A stretch of 64,000 nt of DNA from Nitrospirota bacterium (GCA_963710375.1 CAVPZX010000002.1:864001-928000); one strand, 5' to 3'; counted from the stretch's first letter, positions 41,920-52,866 are shown. The notes: a model not told the origin generated them from the letters alone. Made by a program: numbers and translations.

Positions 41920-43035
41920 TCAACAAAACTTTTCAGCCGGGAAGAGGGTCATCTCGCTGAGCCGTTTTTTCAGATCGGCCTGGACTATGTTGTTTGAGGC
42001 TTCAAGGATAATTTCCGGCACACCGCCAAAGACATCGTATGCGTGGTTGAGGGCCCGGTCGTCCCAGACAGAATTGAGAGGGTTCTTGTTAAAGGGTTCC
42101 GAGGCAAGGGCCTGTCCCCATCCTCCCAGCCAGCTTACAACGAAGTTATTGGCTAATCTGGCAACCACTTTGCTGTTATACATGAAGCCATACTTTTCCG
42201 AATCCGGCATAGCGCGCCTGCTTTCCAGAAGCCAGGCAAGCGATACCATATCGTGGGCAACCACTGACTCAGAGGCAATCATCAAGCCGATCTCCGGCTG
42301 AAAGACCCGACCTTTATCCGGGCCAAAGGTGGTGAGTATCTTGTCTGCTGCTGTAACCACCAGCCGCTGCTTCTTGAGCAGGGTTTCCACAGTATTTGCT
42401 TCGGCTGTTTTCTCGTGGAAGGTGGATGCATCGTGATGGTATTCCAGCCGTGTGTCGTATCGCCAATAGCCCACTGCAGCCTTCAGGCCCAGCGAGTTGC
42501 CAGCCAGTACATGCCTGCCGCAACGGGGCATGAGCACGATATGCTGGACCTCCTTGAGGATGTTCGGCATCATCACGGGGCGCTTCCAGTTGGAACCCAT
42601 CATCGGGGTTTCTTCATAAAAAGCATCCCATCCCGCCTCCTCGAAGAAATGCATCTCAGCGCCTGAGGCATTTACAACCTTAGCTATGCCGCATGTCTCC
42701 ATCAACTTACGAGAGCTTCCGGTCAGTCTTGTCTGTGAAAATCTCACATGCTCGATACCCGACATGTCCCCCACGATTACCCGGCCCGCCCCCTTTTCCC
42801 TGAGGAGCTCGATCAAAGCAGCAACAGCAATGGGGCTGGTGGTAGCAGGATAGGGGTTGCCGGAATTGATGGCAGGTTTGATGAATACGGCATCGCCCTT
42901 TGACAGCCAGGAAAAATCAGTTGCAGCTTCAGCTGAGCCGCGAACCGCCTGTTTGATGACCTTTTCAGGCGCACCTTTACTTACGCCTGCAAAAAAGACC
43001 TTGGTTTTGGGGCCTTTCGTGAGTATGTCGTTCAT
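41920..43035 (-). CDS. DUF362 family protein
   Basis: GDAVFIKP, TTSP, IVGD, H...GLKAAVG. Confidence 0.8.
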   Translation of the reverse strand: MNDILTKGPKTKVFFAGVSKGAPEKVIKQAVRGSAEAATDFSWLSKGDAVFIKPAINSGNPYPATTSPIAVAALIELLREKGAGRVIVGDMSGIEHVRFSQTRLTGSSRKLMETCGIAKVVNASGAEMHFFEEAGWDAFYEETPMMGSNWKRPVMMPNILKEVQHIVLMPRCGRHVLAGNSLGLKAAVGYWRYDTRLEYHHDASTFHEKTAEANTVETLLKKQRLVVTAADKILTTFGPDKGRVFQPEIGLMIASESVVAHDMVSLAWLLESRRAMPDSEKYGFMYNSKVVARLANNFVVSWLGGWGQALASEPFNKNPLNSVWDDRALNHAYDVFGGVPEIILEASNNIVQADLKKRLSEMTLFPAEKFC

Positions 43036-43490
43036 TCCTCTTTTTTCATTATCTTGCGAGCGGTGTCGAAAACTCCTTCTTCAGCAAAGGTTATGGCGGT
43101 CATCTCCCTCTCGATCTTTTCGGCGTAAGCTTCCTTGATCTTGGTCATAAGGAGATCGATATCAGCCGGTTTCCTCAGGAAATCAAACCCCCCGATCCTC
43201 TTGGCTTCCTCGTCGTCCTTCTCGGTCCCGTGACCGGTCAGGATTATGACCTGCATATTGGGATTTGTTTTTCTTACCTCGCGAAGCACTTCCATGCCTT
43301 GAAGTCCGGGCATCTTCAGGTCGAGCACGAGCACATCAGGCTCCTCCTGCTTCACCCTCGAAAGACCCTGTTCACCGTCATACACACAGCTGACATTGAG
43401 ATCTCTCATTTTCAGCCGCTGGGCAAGTGTATTGACAAAGTCCTTTTCGTCGTCAACCAGCAGGACTTTTATTTCTTTTTTTTTCCTCAC
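43032..43490 (-). CDS. Response regulator (receiver only)
   Basis: LLVDDE, LDLKMPG, LTGHG, KP. Confidence 0.93.
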   Translation of the reverse strand: MRKKKEIKVLLVDDEKDFVNTLAQRLKMRDLNVSCVYDGEQGLSRVKQEEPDVLVLDLKMPGLQGMEVLREVRKTNPNMQVIILTGHGTEKDDEEAKRIGGFDFLRKPADIDLLMTKIKEAYAEKIEREMTAITFAEEGVFDTARKIMKKEE

Positions 43491-43606
43491 AGGAACCTCC
43501 TTGAAACGAGTTTTGCATCAATTGCTCTATTGTAATGAAACTTGTTTAAAAAATAAACATGCCCTCACTTTTTTGATGCCTGGCTGTCTTCAGCAGTCCT
43601 GAAGCC

Positions 43607-44392
43607 TCAAGAACCGGCAACAGCGGTTCTCTGCTGCGGTCTTTCGATTTTCGTCCAGTAGGCCTCCTTGATTTTGCCTGCGAGCACATCGATGTCTGCA
43701 GGCTTGTTGACGAAATCAAAAGCGCCGAACTTTGCAGCCTCCTCCCTGTCACCCTTAGTCTCCCTTCCAGAGAGGATGATAACCTGCATGGCAGGGTGGG
43801 TTTTACTTACCTGCCGCAGCACCTCGATCCCGTCCATCCCCGGCATCCTCAAATCGAGGATCACAATGTCCGGCTCCTCTCTTTGGACAAAGGCAAGCGT
43901 CTCCTCTCCGCTAGTCGCAACACTCGTTTTGAGATTCCTCAGGTTCAACCTCTTTGCGAGAGAGTTCACAAATTCTACCTCATCATCGACAAGAAGAATC
44001 TTGAAGATGGAGAAATCGCTTGGGACGATGGAGACCGGGCATGGAGCGCGCCTGCCGATGTCTGCATACTTTTCAGGAATAAGGATCAGTTCGATCCTGT
44101 TGTCCCTTGCGTACTTGACAAACTCTTCCTCGGGTATGCCGTCCATGGTGGTGAAGCTCACTCTTATACCCTTCCCAACCTCAGCAATGATCTTCTCAGC
44201 ATCGGCCAGGTAATACGAAAGCTCACGTCTTGCGGTTTCCTCGGCGTTGAACCCCGCATACTCTGTAATAAGGGCGCTGTTGAGCACATGGATGACGTGA
44301 AGTTCGCCGCCAGTGGTCTTTGCCCTGAACAATCCATACCTCACAACGTCCTTCGAATTCAACGTGCCATCATAGACCGCCAAAATCCTCAT
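43607..44392 (-). CDS. Universal stress protein-receiver domain fusion
   Basis: RILAVYDGT...APCPVSIV (Usp) followed by LLVDDE...LDLRMPG...KP. Confidence 0.88.
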   Translation of the reverse strand: MRILAVYDGTLNSKDVVRYGLFRAKTTGGELHVIHVLNSALITEYAGFNAEETARRELSYYLADAEKIIAEVGKGIRVSFTTMDGIPEEEFVKYARDNRIELILIPEKYADIGRRAPCPVSIVPSDFSIFKILLVDDEVEFVNSLAKRLNLRNLKTSVATSGEETLAFVQREEPDIVILDLRMPGMDGIEVLRQVSKTHPAMQVIILSGRETKGDREEAAKFGAFDFVNKPADIDVLAGKIKEAYWTKIERPQQRTAVAGS

Positions 44393-44470
44393 GTCAACCT
44401 CCTTTGAAGACCGTTATATGCCAATTTGGGCATTCATTATGCCAGCTGCAAATGCTCTCTTTCTTTTCAT

Positions 44471-45136
44471 CTAAGAAACAGCTCTGCGAGTGAGAATAAT
44501 CACCGTTTCGCCATTTGCGCCCTGCCGGTCAAGGGCCCCGGACAGTTCCCCGCATACTTTATTGATCTCTTCGACCTTATGATACTCTCCTTCTCCTGAA
44601 AGTTCCTTTATATTTCCTTTCGGTATGATCGCAATTCTTATTGTATCGTTTGCAGTTGAGGTCCTTACGGTGATAGAGCCTCCTCTTTCGAAACTATTCA
44701 TCAAGTCTTCAATGATAAAGAATACCAGCAGCTGAAGCATGGACGGGTTGCTGTGAATAGGCGGAATACCCTGTTCGAAATCCTTAGTGAACTCTACCCT
44801 TTTCTGGTAAGCAACCCTAGCCAACAAGGCAACAAGCTCCTCGACAGCTTCATTCACACCAAAGGAAGAGAATTGGCTGTCCATCCTGTGGGCAAACCGG
44901 TTAAGGAAGGTGATCAACTGAAGACTCTTCTCGATCTGGGAGTCGACTGACCGGAGGAACTTTTGGATCTCGTCTCTATCAGGCTTCTTGCTCATAGAGA
45001 GCAAGTCCTGCTGCAAGCCTCCAGACTCCTTGATGATTGCAAGGTGATTTTTTAGTTCATGAGTGAATCCTGCAATGATACTCCCGATGAACCTGAACTG
45101 CAACTCCTTCATGTCAGCCGGACCGTTGTCTCCCAT
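44471..45136 (-). CDS. Sensor-less histidine kinase-like protein (degenerate HATPase)
   Basis: THELKNHLA H-box; N and G boxes not conserved. Confidence 0.75.
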   Translation of the reverse strand: MGDNGPADMKELQFRFIGSIIAGFTHELKNHLAIIKESGGLQQDLLSMSKKPDRDEIQKFLRSVDSQIEKSLQLITFLNRFAHRMDSQFSSFGVNEAVEELVALLARVAYQKRVEFTKDFEQGIPPIHSNPSMLQLLVFFIIEDLMNSFERGGSITVRTSTANDTIRIAIIPKGNIKELSGEGEYHKVEEINKVCGELSGALDRQGANGETVIILTRRAVS

Positions 45137-45519
45137 TATGCCCCCTTTTCCTGTTTATTGCTCTTCGCCTTTTCGATCTTCTCGACAAGGCTCTCGATAT
45201 CAATTGGCTTCATGATGTAGTCGAACGCCCCGCTCTTCATCCCTTCGGCGCTTTCCTCTGAAGGTCCGAGCCCGGTCAGCATGATGACTTGGATGGACGG
45301 GTTGAATTGCTTGATCGTCTGGAGCACTTTGATACCGCTCATCCCCGGCATCCTCAAGTCGAGCAGCATGACATCAGGAGGGTCGCTCCTCGAAAGTGCA
45401 ATGGCATCCTCAGCGCAATAGACCGACTTTGCAATGTATCCCCGCATTTGCAGACGTTCCGCAAGCGTTGACGCAAAATCTACCTCATCATCAACAATAA
45501 GCACCTTTGTCTGCAACAT
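45136..45519 (-). CDS. Response regulator (receiver only)
   Basis: IVDDE, LDLRMPG, KP. Confidence 0.93.
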   Translation of the reverse strand: MLQTKVLIVDDEVDFASTLAERLQMRGYIAKSVYCAEDAIALSRSDPPDVMLLDLRMPGMSGIKVLQTIKQFNPSIQVIMLTGLGPSEESAEGMKSGAFDYIMKPIDIESLVEKIEKAKSNKQEKGA

Positions 45520-45532
45520 ATATGACCTCCGT

Positions 45533-47302
45533 TTACCCGATCTCCTTACGGACGGGTATCTCTATCGAAAAAGACGTTCCCTTCCCCACCTCGCTCTCGA
45601 CCGCAATCGTCCCCCCAAGCCTGGTTATGATGCCGTAGGATATTGAGAGCCCGAGACCGGTCCCTTTTCCTTTCTCTTTTGTCGTGTAGAAGGGCTCGAA
45701 AATATGCTTCAGTGCTTCCTTCGGGATGCCGTAGCCATTGTCTTGTATGGTGACGTGTACGGTATCCTGGTCCTTAAGCTCTGTTCCTATGGAGATTAGC
45801 CCTCCGTCACTAACGGCGTCAATCGCATTGTTGATAATGTTCAGAAACACCTGCTGGATCTGTCCCTTATCGATCAGCACCAACGGAATCTTTTCACCGA
45901 GGTTCATTGAGAGGCGGATATTTCTATATAAGATCTCGCGCTCGACGAACCCGAGGACCTCATTGATCGTTTCATTGATATCCGTCTCTACCGGGGTAAC
46001 GTCCATCCTCCTGGCAAACCCCAGCAGGCGATGGGTGATCGTTCTGCAGCGGTTCAGGCTGTCGGTAATCCCTTTTATCTGCGCAAGGAAATTCTCCTTG
46101 TTGGGAAAGTCGCCGGAAATCTGGAGGATGTCTTTCATAAGTCCTGCTTTTTCATTGATAATCGCCAGGGGGTTGTTGATCTCATGCGCTACTCCTGCCG
46201 CAAGCCTCCCAATAGACGCGAGCTTCCCCGCGTGCTCTGTCTCGACGATCGCTTCCTCCCTCTTTTGCTCCGCCTCCTTGATCCAGTTCACGACAGTGAA
46301 GGTTATGCGCAGGTTTACGGCTATGCCTATTGCGATAAGCACCCCAACGAGATAAAACACCGCGAGACCGCTTCGGAAGATTCCGAAGAGCTTCGAATAG
46401 ACCGTCAACTTGACGACGAAGCCCAGGAACCATTGGGAGTTCCGGATCGGGGCATACCCGAGGATAAAGCTGCCCTGCTCGCCGATCATCATATCGGTTA
46501 GAAAAATCCCCTGTTTTAGGGTAGGTATGTCGAGAAGGACCTTTTCAAGAAGGCGGCCATGTGCCCGGGAAGGGGTTTGAAGAATCCCCTCGCGGTTGAT
46601 GATGAACGCGTCGTCGTCCTGCTTGAGATTGATTGTGGACAAATACCTGTAGAGCGTCTCCATGTCGATCGTGGCCCTCAGAATCCAGAAGGAACCTTTT
46701 CCGGGGATATCTCTCCTGACCGCTATAGCGAAATGAGGAATCTTACGGTATCCCATGAAGACTTCGCTGACGTAGACACCCTTTACCACAGCCTCATTAA
46801 ACCAGTCCTGGCCTGAATAGTCTTTCCCCTCTAGCTGGTAAGGGCCCACGTACGAGCGCTGGATACCTTTAGCATCGATTATCCCGAGGTCGACGAACTC
46901 GCCGAATTCATTCTTGAAATTGAAGAACAAGGGATAAAGCACTTTTTTATCGGACACCTGGTCGTACGTATAGGTCGCAGAAAGAAACCGAAGGGCAGAG
47001 AGCTTCTCTGCGAGGAAGAACCCTATGGATTGCGACGTGCTCTCCAGCTGCCACTTGACCTGGTTGTTGATGTCTTCTTTCACATTGCTTTGAAGACCCA
47101 GGTAACTCGCGATTGTGACGATCATGAGCGGGATGCCGGCAAGAATCCCGATGAGCAGAAATATCTTGACCTTCAGCCTGTTGTATCTGTCTGTAGTTCC
47201 TAACGAGGCTTGGTCGTCTGCCATATCGCGAATCCAAAGGACCTTAGAACATCCTACTATCCATTCCTTTAATTTTCCTGCAAATTGATGGAGCTTCGAC
47301 AT
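45533..47302 (-). CDS. Membrane sensor histidine kinase (Cache-type, NtrB-like kinase core)
   Basis: Two TMs, AHEINNPL, NIINNA, DNGYGI, FEPFYTTK, GTGLGL. Confidence 0.95.
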   Translation of the reverse strand: MSKLHQFAGKLKEWIVGCSKVLWIRDMADDQASLGTTDRYNRLKVKIFLLIGILAGIPLMIVTIASYLGLQSNVKEDINNQVKWQLESTSQSIGFFLAEKLSALRFLSATYTYDQVSDKKVLYPLFFNFKNEFGEFVDLGIIDAKGIQRSYVGPYQLEGKDYSGQDWFNEAVVKGVYVSEVFMGYRKIPHFAIAVRRDIPGKGSFWILRATIDMETLYRYLSTINLKQDDDAFIINREGILQTPSRAHGRLLEKVLLDIPTLKQGIFLTDMMIGEQGSFILGYAPIRNSQWFLGFVVKLTVYSKLFGIFRSGLAVFYLVGVLIAIGIAVNLRITFTVVNWIKEAEQKREEAIVETEHAGKLASIGRLAAGVAHEINNPLAIINEKAGLMKDILQISGDFPNKENFLAQIKGITDSLNRCRTITHRLLGFARRMDVTPVETDINETINEVLGFVEREILYRNIRLSMNLGEKIPLVLIDKGQIQQVFLNIINNAIDAVSDGGLISIGTELKDQDTVHVTIQDNGYGIPKEALKHIFEPFYTTKEKGKGTGLGLSISYGIITRLGGTIAVESEVGKGTSFSIEIPVRKEIG

Positions 47303-47323
47303 AGTCCTCTCTCGATTGTTGGA

Positions 47324-48034
47324 CTAAACTTCCTTCTTGACCCTCGCTTTTTTCATGTTAAGGCCCACTCCCTCGAATGTATAGAAAATACCATAGCCCC
47401 ACCACATAGTGTAAAGCACATAAAATATAAGCAGCCCTGTGAGCAGCACGGCATGTTCGCTCACTTTTTGAGCATCGATTTTATAAAAGTTATATGCAGG
47501 CTCAATTGCCTTTCTGTTGACTTCGGAGACAATTTTCGCCTCATTAACGTGTTTGTCTTTCTTCATCACCTTCTCCATGGCAGACAAGGCCTGAAACCAG
47601 TCCTTCATAACCTTCATTTCATCATACCCGTAGCGGTCCGAAACAGCCTTGCCATTGTTATTGTACATTGCATCCGAATCCTGAAGCACGCTTTTCAGCA
47701 CAACACCGAGGTCTCCACCCATCTTTAATGTCGATTGTTTTATCTCAACAGTTGCTCCTGCCAGAGTGAAAAGCCTGGCTGTCCGGGCGGCGTCATCGGC
47801 CTTCTCAAGCTTAACAGTGGCGGTAAACTGCTTACCGGCAAAAGGCTCCACTTCTTTCGCCACCTTCGGTATGAAATATGATGAACCTTTCGCAAGCTTG
47901 TTAAAGGTGTCATCCGCGAACTCGAGCCCGTTTTTCCCGTTAAAGACAGGTGAGAAAATAAACAGCAGAACGACCAGGAAAGACGCACTGAAAAGAAGCC
48001 CTGTCCAAAACCGGTTTTTCTTCCGTATAAGCAT
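47324..48034 (-). CDS. Membrane protein associated with TauE/SafE gene
   Basis: N- and C-terminal TMs; directly downstream of the TauE gene. Confidence 0.7.
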   Translation of the reverse strand: MLIRKKNRFWTGLLFSASFLVVLLFIFSPVFNGKNGLEFADDTFNKLAKGSSYFIPKVAKEVEPFAGKQFTATVKLEKADDAARTARLFTLAGATVEIKQSTLKMGGDLGVVLKSVLQDSDAMYNNNGKAVSDRYGYDEMKVMKDWFQALSAMEKVMKKDKHVNEAKIVSEVNRKAIEPAYNFYKIDAQKVSEHAVLLTGLLIFYVLYTMWWGYGIFYTFEGVGLNMKKARVKKEV

Positions 48035-48035
48035 G

Positions 48036-49328
48036 TTACACCTCCTCTTTAACCAGGGTGGCCTTTATATATTCATCATAGTCGCCCCTGAGTTCACCAA
48101 TATTCATTACAAACTTGCTGACCACCCAAACGGCAAACATGCCTACCACTATCCAGAATATGATATTCCCGGCCGACTCGATCATTTTGACCGTAGGTTT
48201 TGAGACATTGATTATATCGAACTCCACCAGCTTCTTAGGCAGCGTTGCAGCCCTGTTAATGAAACCTGCGAGGATCGATACAGCATAAAATCCCCTTATG
48301 TGGATGCCTTTAACAACCTTGGTAGTCAGGGCTCCGACCTGGATGCCGATCAGCGAGCCGAGGAGCATGCCCATCGCCAATGTATAAAATACATACCCGT
48401 AAATTGCATATTGCACTATCGATGCCAGTCCCGCAGTGAAAATGATCTGAAGGATATCGGTGCCGACAGTTGTCATTGAAGAAACGCCGAAGACGTATAC
48501 AAACATCGGAAAAGTGACAAAGCCGCCGCCCACTCCCATTATGGCAGCCAAAAAGCCTACTACAACGCCTCCAAGGGCAACGACTACGCCCGAGATTTTC
48601 CTTCCGCCGGGCACAAAATCTTCGTCAAAAGTAATTGACGGAGGGATATTCACGTTCTGCACGGCCACAGCAAGTTTAGTCAGTCCGGATGTTCCGCCAT
48701 GAGCATCGGCAGTGGCAGCACCCTTGGCCCTGCTCGATTTTATGAAATCGATAAGCCCATAGAATCCGAGAAACCCCAGTATTAAGGCGTAAATTGAGCT
48801 TATAAAAAAGTCGCTGAGATTCGGGTCGTAATTATAGAGCGCCTTGTTGATTGCGCCTCCTATGAACGTGCCTCCGCCGGAACCCACGAGAAACGCCATT
48901 GCCAGTTTCCCCGAGACATTGCCGAGCTTTTTGTGGACAGCAGTGCCCATTATCGCTTTTGCAAATATATGGAAGAGGTCTGTTCCCACAGCCAGAATCC
49001 CTTTTACCCCTGCGGCCATCAGCGCAGGGGTTATGATAAATCCGCCTCCGGCGCCTATACAGCCGGTGATCAGTCCGGCGCATAATCCGATCGCAATGGA
49101 AACGATGAAAATGTAAGTGGAATAAAAGGAAGGCGCATAGGCTTCCTTGCCGCCGATCATTTCTCCTGCTGTTGCAAAACTGACAGCCAGGATGGGAAGC
49201 AGCATCGCCAATAGGACAAGAAGCTTTTTCCTGCTCCTCATTATGCTCATGGAAGTCTCGATCTCCCACCTGGCATGTGCCATAGAACCCATCTTCAAAA
49301 ACTCGAAAACCTGCCTGGGAATACTCAT
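48036..49328 (-). CDS. Sulfite exporter TauE/SafE family protein
   Basis: GAGGGFIITP...AVGTDL and MGVGGGFVTFP...VGTDI repeats. Confidence 0.9.
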   Translation of the reverse strand: MSIPRQVFEFLKMGSMAHARWEIETSMSIMRSRKKLLVLLAMLLPILAVSFATAGEMIGGKEAYAPSFYSTYIFIVSIAIGLCAGLITGCIGAGGGFIITPALMAAGVKGILAVGTDLFHIFAKAIMGTAVHKKLGNVSGKLAMAFLVGSGGGTFIGGAINKALYNYDPNLSDFFISSIYALILGFLGFYGLIDFIKSSRAKGAATADAHGGTSGLTKLAVAVQNVNIPPSITFDEDFVPGGRKISGVVVALGGVVVGFLAAIMGVGGGFVTFPMFVYVFGVSSMTTVGTDILQIIFTAGLASIVQYAIYGYVFYTLAMGMLLGSLIGIQVGALTTKVVKGIHIRGFYAVSILAGFINRAATLPKKLVEFDIINVSKPTVKMIESAGNIIFWIVVGMFAVWVVSKFVMNIGELRGDYDEYIKATLVKEEV

Positions 49329-49352
49329 GGTATTTGCCTCCTTTATTCCTTT

Positions 49353-50108
49353 TTATTTAATTTTTTCAAACTCAGTCTGAATCTTATATTTTGTGCCGGC
49401 GCCAACCAGCCGCGTATATGCTATAGGGCTTTCTTCGGGTCCCATGATCAGCCTGTGCAAAAGGAGCCCGGGAGATCCTGAAGCGATCTTCAAGATGGCA
49501 GCAGCCTCATCTTTTATCTCGGCAACCTCAATAGTCTGCAATACCCGTGAAACTTTCACAATTGCCTTGTCCTGAAGAAGATCAAAAAGAGATATCTGTC
49601 CGATATCTTCTGCTTCAATGCCTGGCACCAAAGCCATCGGGATATAAGATTCCTCCAGAAATGCAGGCTCATCTTCATCCATGCATTTGCATCGGAAATA
49701 ATACAGAACGCCTTCTTCCTCAAAATAAGTCCTGATTTCATCTGGCGGACTTTGAACGCCTCTGTTAAGAAGTTCCCTTGTGAGACTCACCCCTTCGCCA
49801 AACATGTCGCCGGTGAATCTTGTTCGCATGCATAAACCGAGGGCCTGTGTAGAATGTTCTACGAAAGTGCCTTTGCCCTGAATCCTTCTAAGCAACCCTT
49901 CTCTAACCAGGTCCGAAATAGCAACCCTCACCGTTGCCTTGCTGATGTCGTATAGCCTGCAAAGATCGTCCTCGGTAGGTATCTGCATCCCTTCCGGCCA
50001 CTCTGTTCGTATGATCTTTTCTTTAAAGATGGTATATATTTGGACGTATAGCTTTTGCTGGCTTTCCCTGTCGATCGTTTTTTCTATTCTCAAGTGTTTA
50101 CCCTTCAA
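49353..50108 (-). CDS. GntR/HutC-family regulator (UTRA)
   Basis: IPTEDDL...ISKATVRVAI...RIQGKGTFV. Confidence 0.92.
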   Translation of the reverse strand: MKGKHLRIEKTIDRESQQKLYVQIYTIFKEKIIRTEWPEGMQIPTEDDLCRLYDISKATVRVAISDLVREGLLRRIQGKGTFVEHSTQALGLCMRTRFTGDMFGEGVSLTRELLNRGVQSPPDEIRTYFEEEGVLYYFRCKCMDEDEPAFLEESYIPMALVPGIEAEDIGQISLFDLLQDKAIVKVSRVLQTIEVAEIKDEAAAILKIASGSPGLLLHRLIMGPEESPIAYTRLVGAGTKYKIQTEFEKIK

Positions 50109-50166
50109 TCGTTTCTATATGCAACAGCACTATTTCATTTTGCATCTTGATTTCATAATATTATAA

Positions 50167-50182
50167 TGACATGACGATGTCA
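50167..50182. promoter_or_regulatory. Palindromic operator candidate
   Basis: TGACAT-GACG-ATGTCA between divergent gntR and amtB. Confidence 0.4.
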
Positions 50183-50314
50183 AATTAAATTTCATATTTA
50201 TGACTATTAATTTTGTTTATCAACCCTTCCTGTAAATCCTACATTTTTGTAGCTTTTTTCCGGGATTTTATTTTATGATTACACTTTAAATTATCAAACC
50301 AAAGGAGCCAGATA

Positions 50315-51628
50315 ATGCGGATAAGAAAATTTATTTATTGTTTTTCAATAGGTTTATTGCTGTTACCAGTGAATGTATTCGCGCAGACTACGAGCAAAAT
50401 AGATACTGGAGATACTGCTTTTCTGCTTCTTTCCGCTGCATTGGTAATGTTGATGACACCAGGCCTTGCGCTGTTTTACGGCGGCATGGTGAGAAAGAAA
50501 AATGTTCTCGGCACAATAATGCAAAGCTTCATTGCAATCGCAGTCGTCAGTCTACAGTGGATACTTTATGGATATAGCCTAACTTTTGGCCCTGATGTGC
50601 ATGGAATAATCGGCAATCTCGACTGGATAGGGTTAAGCGGTGTTGGTTTTGAGCCCAATCCTGCGTATGCTCCTACAGTGCCTCATATCGCATTCATGAT
50701 ATATCAGGCCATGTTTGCAGTCATTACTCCAGCACTGATTACCGGTGCTTTTGCAGAGCGGATGAAATTTTCGGCTTTTTTAGCTTTTACGATCTTGTGG
50801 TCAACACTTGTTTATGACCCGGTAGCACACTGGATATGGGGAAGCGGGGGCTGGCTGAAAAATATGGGTGCGCTCGATTTTGCCGGGGGTATGGTAGTGC
50901 ATGCCACGTCGGGCATATCTGCCCTGGCTGCCGCAATAATTATAGGGAAAAGAAAGGGGCAGTTACATGACTTTACGCCTCATAACCTTCCATTCACCGT
51001 CCTTGGCGCGGGGATATTATGGTTCGGATGGTTTGGGTTTAATGCCGGCAGCGCTCTTTCCTCAGGCGCCTTGAGCGCCATGACCTTTGCGGTCACTCAT
51101 ATAGCAGCAGCAGGTGCAACGGTGATATGGATGGTTATAGAGTGGCTTCACAAAGGCAGGCCGACCATGTTCGGTGTTGCAACCGGAGCAATAGCAGGAC
51201 TTGCGACAATTACACCGGCATCAGGATTTGTGGCACCCATGTCCGCCTTAATTATCGGATTATGTGCCGGTTCTATTTGTTACCTGGCGTTGCATATGAA
51301 GACTCGCCTAGGTTACGATGACTCGCTCGATGCTTTCGGGGTCCATGGAGTCGGTGGTGTTTTAGGCACACTCGCAACCGGGCTTTTAGCCCAAAAACTT
51401 ATAAACCCGGCTGGAGCTGACGGCCTGTTTTTTAACACTACAGGAGGAGGCTCAGGGGTCCTTATGTCCCAGGTCATCGGCATAGGGGCGACAGTAGTTT
51501 ACTCTTTTGGCATTACTGTGCTGATCCTGAAAGTCCTGGACAAGATCATAGGATTAAGGCTCGATAATGAATCAGAAGTGCTTGGCCTTGATATCTCTCA
51601 ACACGGGGAGAGCGGATACACGCTGTAA
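50315..51628 (+). CDS. amtB: Ammonium transporter
   Basis: MTPGLALFYGG, DFAGGMVVH, WFGWFGFNAGS, DDSLDAFGVHG. Confidence 0.96.
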   Translation: MRIRKFIYCFSIGLLLLPVNVFAQTTSKIDTGDTAFLLLSAALVMLMTPGLALFYGGMVRKKNVLGTIMQSFIAIAVVSLQWILYGYSLTFGPDVHGIIGNLDWIGLSGVGFEPNPAYAPTVPHIAFMIYQAMFAVITPALITGAFAERMKFSAFLAFTILWSTLVYDPVAHWIWGSGGWLKNMGALDFAGGMVVHATSGISALAAAIIIGKRKGQLHDFTPHNLPFTVLGAGILWFGWFGFNAGSALSSGALSAMTFAVTHIAAAGATVIWMVIEWLHKGRPTMFGVATGAIAGLATITPASGFVAPMSALIIGLCAGSICYLALHMKTRLGYDDSLDAFGVHGVGGVLGTLATGLLAQKLINPAGADGLFFNTTGGGSGVLMSQVIGIGATVVYSFGITVLILKVLDKIIGLRLDNESEVLGLDISQHGESGYTL

Positions 51629-51951
51629 TTAACTGCGAGTCTCATAAATTCATTTTGGGTGCTGGGAAAAAACACCGGTTAAGTCATCCTCCAGGTTCCG
51701 GTGATGGGGGGTTAACCGGTAGACAGCCACTAATGCCATAAAAATTATTATCAAGATAACTGCGATCAGGATCATTTTTTTGACGACTGACTTTTCAGAT
51801 TTATTTTTATTTCCGGGATTCATAATAAGAGCACTTTCTGAAATAGCCGCAATTGTACCGAACCTTTTAATTCATTATCCTGATTGTGAAGGCGGATGTC
51901 AATAGTGGTCAGTTGCGGCAAACTGGCTGAAATGCGAAGTCTTTGCACCAC

Positions 51952-52866
51952 TTATTGTCCCTCGAAATATCGCTGGGTTACTTTCTTGCGCCCTGCTACC
52001 CGCTGATAGACTTCGTCGGGATGCCCAAGGGCAACAACTGCATGGATGCCCTCTTCTGGTGGAATTCCGATTAGCTGCTGGATCGATCGGTCCCTCTTCA
52101 TTGCTGTAACGGCAAATCCGATGAGACAAGAGCCTAGTCCCATGGTGTGAGCCGCAAGTACAATATTCTGTGTTGCGAGCAGGGCGTCTTCAGCCGGACA
52201 GCTTGCTCCCGGTTTAGATCCTACAATAATGACTGCTGTGCTGCCGTGAAGCAGATGGTCTTTGCCTGATCCGTGCCATTCTTTAAGCGCCTCCTTCACC
52301 TTCTGGTAATAGTCGCGGTAATAGGCATCGAGTTCTCCTTTTCCTATCAGCTTCAGGAATAAACGAAGCATGGTATTCTCTGCAGTAGTGTTTAATCGCC
52401 CGAAGTAGGATGCGATGTGTTCTGCAAAGGATGTCACCGCCTTCCTGGTCGGCAGAATGGTAAAAGTCCAGGACTGACTGTTCGATCCGGACGGTGCAGT
52501 GATCCCGATCTTTACCAGGTCCTCAAGCATCGCCCGGTCAACGGGCTTGTTAGTGAAACACCGGCAGGACCGGCGAGAGGCCATAAGCTGTACCAAAACA
52601 GATGTGCTGAATTTTCCGGGAGGAAGCCACTGTTTGTCCATGGTGAAAGTTTTATACTTTGACATTTCTTCATCAATCGCTATGACACGGATTGCCTCCT
52701 GGGGACATACTGCCTCGCAATGCCCGCAAGAGATCGATTCCTCTCCTGAGACAGTCGCCTTTCCTTCTGCGAGTGAGATGGTCCCTGTCGGGCAAACAGA
52801 GACGCACAACCCGCAGCCGTCGCAAAGCTCTCCATCAATTTCTATTCTGTTTTCTTCCATTGGCAT
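51952..52866 (-). CDS. Ferredoxin-nitroreductase fusion
   Basis: Two CxxCxxCxxxCP motifs; SRRSCR, APSGSN, GLGSC. Confidence 0.92.
   Translation of the reverse strand: MPMEENRIEIDGELCDGCGLCVSVCPTGTISLAEGKATVSGEESISCGHCEAVCPQEAIRVIAIDEEMSKYKTFTMDKQWLPPGKFSTSVLVQLMASRRSCRCFTNKPVDRAMLEDLVKIGITAPSGSNSQSWTFTILPTRKAVTSFAEHIASYFGRLNTTAENTMLRLFLKLIGKGELDAYYRDYYQKVKEALKEWHGSGKDHLLHGSTAVIIVGSKPGASCPAEDALLATQNIVLAAHTMGLGSCLIGFAVTAMKRDRSIQQLIGIPPEEGIHAVVALGHPDEVYQRVAGRKKVTQRYFEGQ

Noticed and set aside
51674..51720. ACCGGTTAA...TTAACCGGT inverted repeat after amtB as an ncRNA or MITE
   Set aside because: Single short copy; most simply a terminator-like hairpin
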